The position numbers and the translations under genes are program-made. This document shows, piece after piece, positions 56,551 to 64,000 of a DNA stretch of 64,000 nt (positions are counted from its first letter, which is position 1; each line of letters starts with the position of its first letter). The notes under the pieces were generated by a model. The model made no database searches and had not been told where the DNA came from. It was given only the letters and a program-made list of their open reading frames with translations. This DNA is from Schmidtea nova (lineage: Eukaryota), in the NCBI GenBank assembly GCA_044892505.1, contig CM097883.1:106206001-106270000 (forward strand), in the 5' to 3' direction.

Positions 56551-58483
56551 AATTCTTGCCACAAAACTTCTGTCATAAAATTGTGGTCTTTCCTTTTTAT
56601 TGTTCGCCATTCTCCGGCAATCATGATAATTCGTTTTTTCCCATTTAAGCCACTAGCATTTCCCGTTTTTTTAGATCCCATGTTTCTCATAACAGCTCGT
56701 CACTTGGGATAATTTGTTTTTTTCCATATCTGCCTCTGACATTTCCCAAAAGCTATTTTCAGTTCCCGTGTTAAAACTGACAGCTGTTGAGATAAAGATT
56801 TTATTTTCTAATTTTGAAATTCCTTTTTGTTTCCTTACACTGATTAATTATAAGTGACCTTTCTCTACATTATTGTTTAATTTCTTTTATGTTGTTACTC
56901 CTTCGTCATTTCTCCGTTTTCTGCTTTTTCTTTTTCTTCTCTAAGTTCCAGAATGCTATCTCAATCACCTTATCGGTTTTTCCCCAAAGTTATTCCATTT
57001 ATTAATAATATTATTTATTATTTAGGTATATTCAACAGTATCAAGAACAATTCTTTATAGATAAGTTCCTGATGACCTGGCATAATCTTGTCTGAAGTTC
57101 TGCATAAGGACATATGTATATACTCAAATACTTTAGGAGAAAAATAATTTATTTCTGAAATTTAGAGAAAAAGTAAAATAAAAAAGTAACACTGTCTATG
57201 AAAACATTCTATTCTAAAAATGTAATTCTCTTTTCATAATTATGAAGTAAATTATTATTTACTACTCGTGGAGAATTGTCTAAATATTTCACATTCATTG
57301 ACTAAGCCAATTACCGTGATCAATGACATAAATCTTTCTTTTATTCCTTTATTCAGTTGATCGCATTCTAATATAACAATCCACTGAAGTTACACGCATA
57401 ATTTCACCAAAGATTAAATGCTAAATTAGGTTGTTAAGTTCAACTTCCTAAAAGTTAAAATTGAAATCAAATTACAAATTAAGTAATTTCCTATATGAGA
57501 GATGAAAGGGGTATATGGTGATCAATTTCGCGACTCAGTGAGAAAAATAATATTTAGTTTAGATGTTGACTAATTTAACGAAATAAATTTGCTAATTTAT
57601 TTGTTTTGCTATTGTTCACGAACGCTTGCTTATACATATCATACGAATAATATTTACAATGGACTCCTAATTATTCAGGATGGTAAATATTAATTTCTAT
57701 CAAATTTCAATTTTCTGCATCCATTAAAACTAAATCGATAAAAATGCTATTTCAAAACAATCCAAAAAATACTGAGTTTTTAATTTAGTATTATTAAAAT
57801 AAACATTCAATCTTTATGAGACGTTTTTTAATTTAGCCAATAAATCTTTAAATCACACAAATTTAAAAATCCAATCCAATTCAATAATGCGATAATTCCA
57901 CATTTATCATTTTTAAAATTATATCAATAATTTTCATAATTGCATGACTAAATTAAATTTTTTTTGTTTTGGGTTTTTGGTTGTTATGTCCATGATATTT
58001 CGGTACAGCCTTTATCAGGTATGTGTAAAAGATGTGCCGAAATATCTTTTACTTAAGAACCAAAAAACCCATAACAAAATATTTTGATCTATAGTTATAA
58101 AATTATGAAAATTATTGATATAAATATAAAGAGATCAAAGGTGAAACCAAAAGATAATTATGATATTTTTAAAATTATTCTTTAATATTTAAATAAATCT
58201 GCTATTATTTTCTTCAATGATTTTCTCTTCATAATTTTTATAAATATTCTACTTGAAACTTTATACATGTCCAATTATATTCTATTTTAATTTTTAAAAT
58301 TATATATCCTCACAGTAGGGAAAAACGAAAAAAGATTTACAAGAAAATATCGACAAAACACATAAACTATTATTAAAATTTTCCATTTTTCCACAATTTG
58401 AAGTACGGCACCAAAGAACCTTGAACATTAGGTTACAAATTAACTCTTTTAATAAATTAAATTGCAATTAATATTTTACATAC

Positions 58484-58774
58484 TTTGGGCTAAAGTATAG
58501 TGCCGCTGTTGAATGTCATAAATATTTGAAAATGGAGCCTTCACATAATTTCCTGAAATTTCCCCCATTCCATCCGACAGTGATCTTTTGGGTTTCAAAG
58601 TATAATAAAGAGGTAAATTATCTGGTTTCCGAATCGTCTGAAAACTCATGACACCAGATGGAGCTTCATAAATAAGTCTATTTGGATGATAAAGTTGATT
58701 GTGATATAATGGCACATCTGGAGATAATTTTACTGCTGAGCTAAACATGTCTGATGCTGTTGGTGAAGATTGAC
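58484..58774 (-). CDS. Probable internal exon of an unidentified host gene
   Basis: Open 291-nt frame bounded by TTCTAG acceptor (after the TA repeat) and GTATGT donor. Confidence 0.4.
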
Positions 58775-58777
58775 CTA

Positions 58778-58779
<2 letters not shown>

Positions 58780-58854
<75 letters not shown>
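58780..58854. repeat. (TA)n microsatellite
   Basis: Direct. Confidence 0.97.
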
Positions 58855-58860
<6 letters not shown>

Positions 58861-60329
58861 ACAATGAACAAAATAAAATTGTTAATTAATAAATATTTTA
58901 CACACATGATTTTATTCTCATCCTTTCCTTTCGAAGTTATAATGCTGCCTTATCAAATTATCAGAAAATGAATTGCGAGTTTTAAATAAAATTAAAAAAA
59001 TATTTTCGTAAAGCCTCTAAAGACTAGTTAAAAATTACAATAGAATGACTCTTAACTGGTTGCGTTAGCACTCATTAGGGATGCTAAGACAAAGTGTTTG
59101 ACTTCCATCCTTTAATTTAGTGTTATATTTTATGCCTAAGGTTTGATGTTTAAAAATTTCCCTCTTTTCTTTTATGACAAAATTATATGGATCGTCAAGC
59201 TTTTTAATTAATAGCATGATGCAAAACAGAATATTTATTTTCATATTTTTTCAAAATATTTTTCACTGTCACTTAATTTAATTTTCATAGTTTAATAAAA
59301 AATATTTTCTACTTTTGCAGACCATTTTAAGTAATAAAGCATTTTGCAGAATCCGGTTTCATAAACCTTTTGTCATTACCTATGACTGTTTAGTACCATT
59401 TACCGAAATTTAATTACTGCGTCCCAAAGGATTTTCTGAAAAGAAAAGATTTTAGAGTCTTTTTATTTCACCAAAGAAACAAATGCCTAATTATGAATTA
59501 TAAATATTTGAAAGAGGCCTATGCCATTATTCCTTCAAAATATCAAATGTATTTTAATTAGCGGATAGTGCCATTTTAAAATATTTTTCTAAACTTCTCT
59601 CTTTTCTTTTAGTATTTTACTTATGCATGTCGTCTTTAATTGGATGGATCACCTAAAAAAGAGATTCTAGTAACTATGATTAAAGACTCGTTTATTAAAA
59701 ATTTGATAGATGCATTTCTAATAAAAATTGAAGAATATAAAGACAAGAGACTGTTGTAAAATTTAGTTAAAGTTTTGTTAAAAATACAATTTTAAAAGTT
59801 TTTCCTTTGTAAAACTAAACATATGAAATATGTGATTGTGTAATATACTACCACTGTCAAAAAGAACCCGGTCACACCCATTTTAAATTGACACAAAACA
59901 TATATGAATAATTTTTGTTTTAGAAGGTTGACACACATCTTATTGAAATTCTATCCAAATTTCAGATTGATTGCAACTCAATAGATTTTGTTTCAGTTGT
60001 TGTTTGAGCGTAATAGAAAACAGCGCTATAGAAGGCAAGAAACTGAAATTTAAGGGTTACGTTACTTCTGTGTTAAATAAATACCATTTTTTATTATTTT
60101 TAATTCATTTTTAATCAATAAATTGAAGGTACATACATTTAATTCAGTTCAATATATACTTAAAAATAAAAATACTCGATACTTCTTCAATAAATAAGTT
60201 TTTATTATGTAAATTAAATATGTATGTATCAAAAACATAAAATAATAACATGATGAAATTCAAAACAGAAAAACTAAATAAAATACACAGAAATCAATTT
60301 TACTATATATGTATATGTATTATTTTTAA

Positions 60330-61430
60330 TGATTTTTTCTTATCAAATTTTTTTTGTTTTGAGCGTTATAACGAAACAGCGTTGTAAGAGGGAGCGTTGT
60401 ACGAGGTATTACTGTAAATGAAATTATGGAACTAAGAATTTGCGTTAAATTTGGTTTAAAAAAAATTAAACTTTCATACACAGAAAATTTTAAAACTTTT
60501 TCTGCTGAACGATCTCTGTTGAAACAACAACAAATGATTTGCACTTTGAAAGCGGTCGTGAATAAAAAAGTAAAAGATGATTCAATATAAGGAAGTACAT
60601 CGACATCGAAGACTGATAAGAACATTGACAAAATCAAATCAATGATCATCGAAAACAAGAAGATGACTATTAATGTGATAGTAGAAGAGATTTCAATATC
60701 ATTTGGATACATTCAAAGCATTTCACATGATGATTTAGGTTTAAAACGTGTTGCTGCTAGGCTTGTTCCAACTAAGCTGAATTTGTTATAAAACATTCAA
60801 CGTGTTGAATTTACTAAGGAAACGTTTTCAACCGTGATTTAGATGAAAAATTCATTCAAAGCATAATTACTGGTGACGAGACATGGGTTTATGAATATGA
60901 CGCACAAATAATATATCAATCAAGTTAACGGAAGTCTTCAGATGAGCCCAAAATCAAGAATAAACCTCAATTTCAGTCCAAAAATAAGGTAATGTTAACT
61001 CTTTTCGTTGATTACAATGATGTTGTTCATCATGAATTTATTCGAAAGACAATGCGATCCAGAGTATTACCTTGGAGTTATGAAACGTTTGCATAAAAAG
61101 TTGCTTTTGAAAAGACCAAACTTGTGGTGAAAAGATTCGTGATAACGCACAATCACATAATGCAGTGATTATTCGACAATTTTTGGCTAAAAACATTACG
61201 AATTCAATTTGATACTAACCGAAGTCACCCGATATATTTCCCTGTTATTGGTTCAGTAGACTCAAAATGCCACCTTGAGGAACGCGTTTTGATAGCACAA
61301 AGGCAATAAAATAAAATTCGAATGAGACCCTCATGGCTATACCGATGATTGAGTATAAAAGCATTCGAGGACTGGATTAAATGTTTTCACAAGTGCATTG
61401 CATCAGGCGGGGATTGCTTTATAGGGGATA
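60330..61430 (+). mobile_element. Decayed mariner transposon
   Basis: ISHDDLGLKRVAARLVP, IITGDETWVYEYD and VHHEFI motifs with multiple stops and frameshifts. Confidence 0.8.
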
Positions 61431-64000
61431 ACATTCCAGTTGATAATTAGCATTGTAATTTATGTTGAAATGGAGGTGGCNNNNNNNNNNNNNNNNNNNN
61501 NNNNNNNNNNNNNNNNNNNNNNNNNNNNNNNNNNNNNNNNNNNNNNNNNNNNNNNNNNNNNNNNNNNNNNNNNNNNNNNNNNNNNNNNNNNNNNNNNNNN
61601 NNNNNNNNNNNNNNNNNNNNNNNNNNNNNNNNNNNNNNNNNTATGATTTTTATTTTTTTATTTATTTGTAAATTAAATATAATTGATTAGACCAATATAT
61701 AATAAATAAATAAAATATTAACAATAAAACAAGCTTAAAATTTTTAAAAATAAGTATAATTATCAAAAATTAATTAATTCTTTTGTTAAGGCATTTTTAG
61801 TAATCATTGAATTATTTATTTTTTACAATAATAATGCTTGTCTTTTACAGATCCACAGAAAAAACTCGAAGGATCACACGCGGCTCGCGAAATACATTTT
61901 AATCAGCTTTGGCATAACCCAATTATTTTTATTGTGCTAATCCGTCAGATGATCATAATTATACGATTTTCTTATATGTTTAATTTAATTAATTGCGCAA
62001 AAAATTAAGTGCAAATTTATTCTATATAATTATATTATTTATCAAGTTAATACATAAAATACAATTGATATAATTCTGTATTAAAATATTTAAGTTGTTG
62101 CGTATAAACTTACTAAAAATATTGGAAAACGTGAATAAATTCGTCTAACGCTTGTTGTTATAACAATGAAAAGAAGACATCCATTTTTATCTAAAAAATA
62201 CTCTAAACTCTTTTTTAAAGGGACTTGATCCCTTATAAAAACGGCGCTTATGTAAAAATTCCCTAATTGTAAACGCAACCGGAAGACATTTCTTATTTCA
62301 GTTTATTTCGCTTTTATCATTCATTTAAAATACTATTTAAAAATTTAAAAAAAAATTTCTTTTATGATTTCTTGTACGATATTATCATCGGAGATCACAA
62401 TATCAGTATTAATAAAAATTATCATTAAGTAAAATATAAGACACATTTTGTTTATTTGTTGCTAATTCATAATAAAAAAAATTATTATATTTTCAATTTT
62501 GTTTATCTTTAAATTTATTTTTAGCATGAAAAGAAATTTTAAACAAAAAAAGATCAATAACGGAAAGAACGAAAGATTTTACATTAAAAATGAACGCATT
62601 CACAATCATATTTTAATCATATATTCTAAAAATTAATTGTTTCATTAAAATTAAAATGTATTTCACACTTGAAAAAGGATGTGCCAAAAATTCGTGAGCT
62701 ATATATATATATATATATATATATAGGGGCGGCTCGTGACTTTAAAACCAGGTGGGGCATCAGGAGAAAAAATGGAGGGTGTCTATTTTTTAAAATACAA
62801 AACTTATTTTATTTTACTTGTGGGTTGTTGATAGTAAATATGACCTTGACTGTTAGTATGGCTCTAAAAATCAACAACTCAACACATAAAACATTAGATA
62901 AACATCTTGTTGCCCGCTACAGTGTAACGTTGGTACTGCAAAAAATGAGTGGACATTCGCAAAAAGTGATTGTCGAAAGAATCGAAACTATAATTGGCCG
63001 AATGTCGCGGGTCGATTCAAGGGTGACAGATAGAAGGTACATTCCCCATTTTAGTCCCATACTCAATCTGAATTCCCTTAACATTCACTAAGATTCTTAC
63101 AGAAGTTAAGACAAATCGAACTTGCTAATTTCTCATTAATCAATAAACATAATCAACAAACAAAATAACTACATAACGATTTGTTGAATGTCCCATACAA
63201 CTAAACGTCATTACAAATTACTAACGCACCGAATCCGATTCTCATAAACATACAAAAGAGTCAAAAGGACATTCGTATTACACAAGGATTATCTCTCTAT
63301 ACAAATAGCATACGCATAAACAGAACAAAAGTACTAAAATAATTGTCAACAAAGCGTCAAACCACTGTGGAATCCTTCGAGAAAATCTGCACCCTATTTT
63401 CGTTTCACGAGTTCTCAGTTGAATTTAGAGAATGTTCAACCAATCTGTGGCGTCTTAAAATAATTTATAAGAGTTTCAATCATTAAACATCCAATCCAAA
63501 CATCGTTTCCGAATAATCTGGACTCCGACTCAATTCTGGTACTAAGTCAACAACTGAATCATTCATTATTTTAGGGTAACTTCGCACTGAAATTCTTCTA
63601 ACGATTTTCCCGATGCTATCTTAGGACATACCATAAACAAAATTACCCCCGGAAAACGCTTGGATTTATATGTATTGCTAAAAAGAAAAATCTACTTTAA
63701 ATATAAGATATTGAATTTTCACATGGCCCTAAATAGGATAAGGAATTCTAATACCATTTATCAGTTATTTTGGAACATTCTACTTTAGTTTTATTTTTTA
63801 CGAATTAACTGACGGTGCCTAAACGGGTTTAAATGACCTCATCTTTGAGTTTTACCGGAGCTTCCCTGATAAGATGCAATGGGATAGTAGTTTTGGTTCA
63901 ACAATAATCCTTCATCTCTTTCGTAAATTTTATTAGATATAAGTAATTTTATAAGAGAGGTTGCCCTGTTGATTCAGATTTTACTAAATAAACTCTTGTT

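Noticed and set aside
1086-61671. ORFs in the track made mostly of X (1086-1654, 4668-5380, 34680-35593, 61440-61671)
   Set aside because: Artefacts of translating across N gaps.
61850-63930. Possible small exons near the window end
   Set aside because: Short open stretches without recognisable protein motifs or paired splice sites.

Overview
AT-rich animal genomic DNA with five N-gaps. A planarian-like invertebrate host is a guess from base composition, short introns and transposon types. 1-4.7 kb holds two divergent tandem protein-primed DNA polymerase B genes (Polinton/adintovirus type). About 5.3-34.7 kb (minus strand) is one young giant Ty3/gypsy LTR retroelement (~29.4 kb) with ~3.2-kb near-identical LTRs and a tRNA-Pro PBS. 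Its uninterrupted 4512-aa ORF reads Gag (capsid, 3 CCHC knuckles), two ubiquitin-like domains, AT-hook, Bcl-2-like domain, a chuvirus-type envelope glycoprotein placed BETWEEN gag and pol, then PR-RT-RNaseH-IN, ankyrin repeats and FN3-like membrane modules. One in-frame TGA separates it from a further 420-aa FN3/TM ORF. Separate accessory ORFs encode a full-length TRAF, an IAP-type RING protein, coiled-coil proteins, a small type I membrane protein and two proteins inside the LTR. Six accessory ORFs start 1-7 nt after a YAG acceptor, with short spacers and AATAAA signals, suggesting operon-like or spliced expression. Together this looks like an enveloped, complex-retrovirus-like element carrying an apoptosis/TNF-NF-kB control kit. 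35.5-64 kb is ordinary host DNA: a satellite, a 3-exon UTP18 gene, a nuclear-receptor fragment, possible exons, and decayed hAT, pogo and mariner transposons. All domain calls are by-eye motif recognition; no database searches were run.
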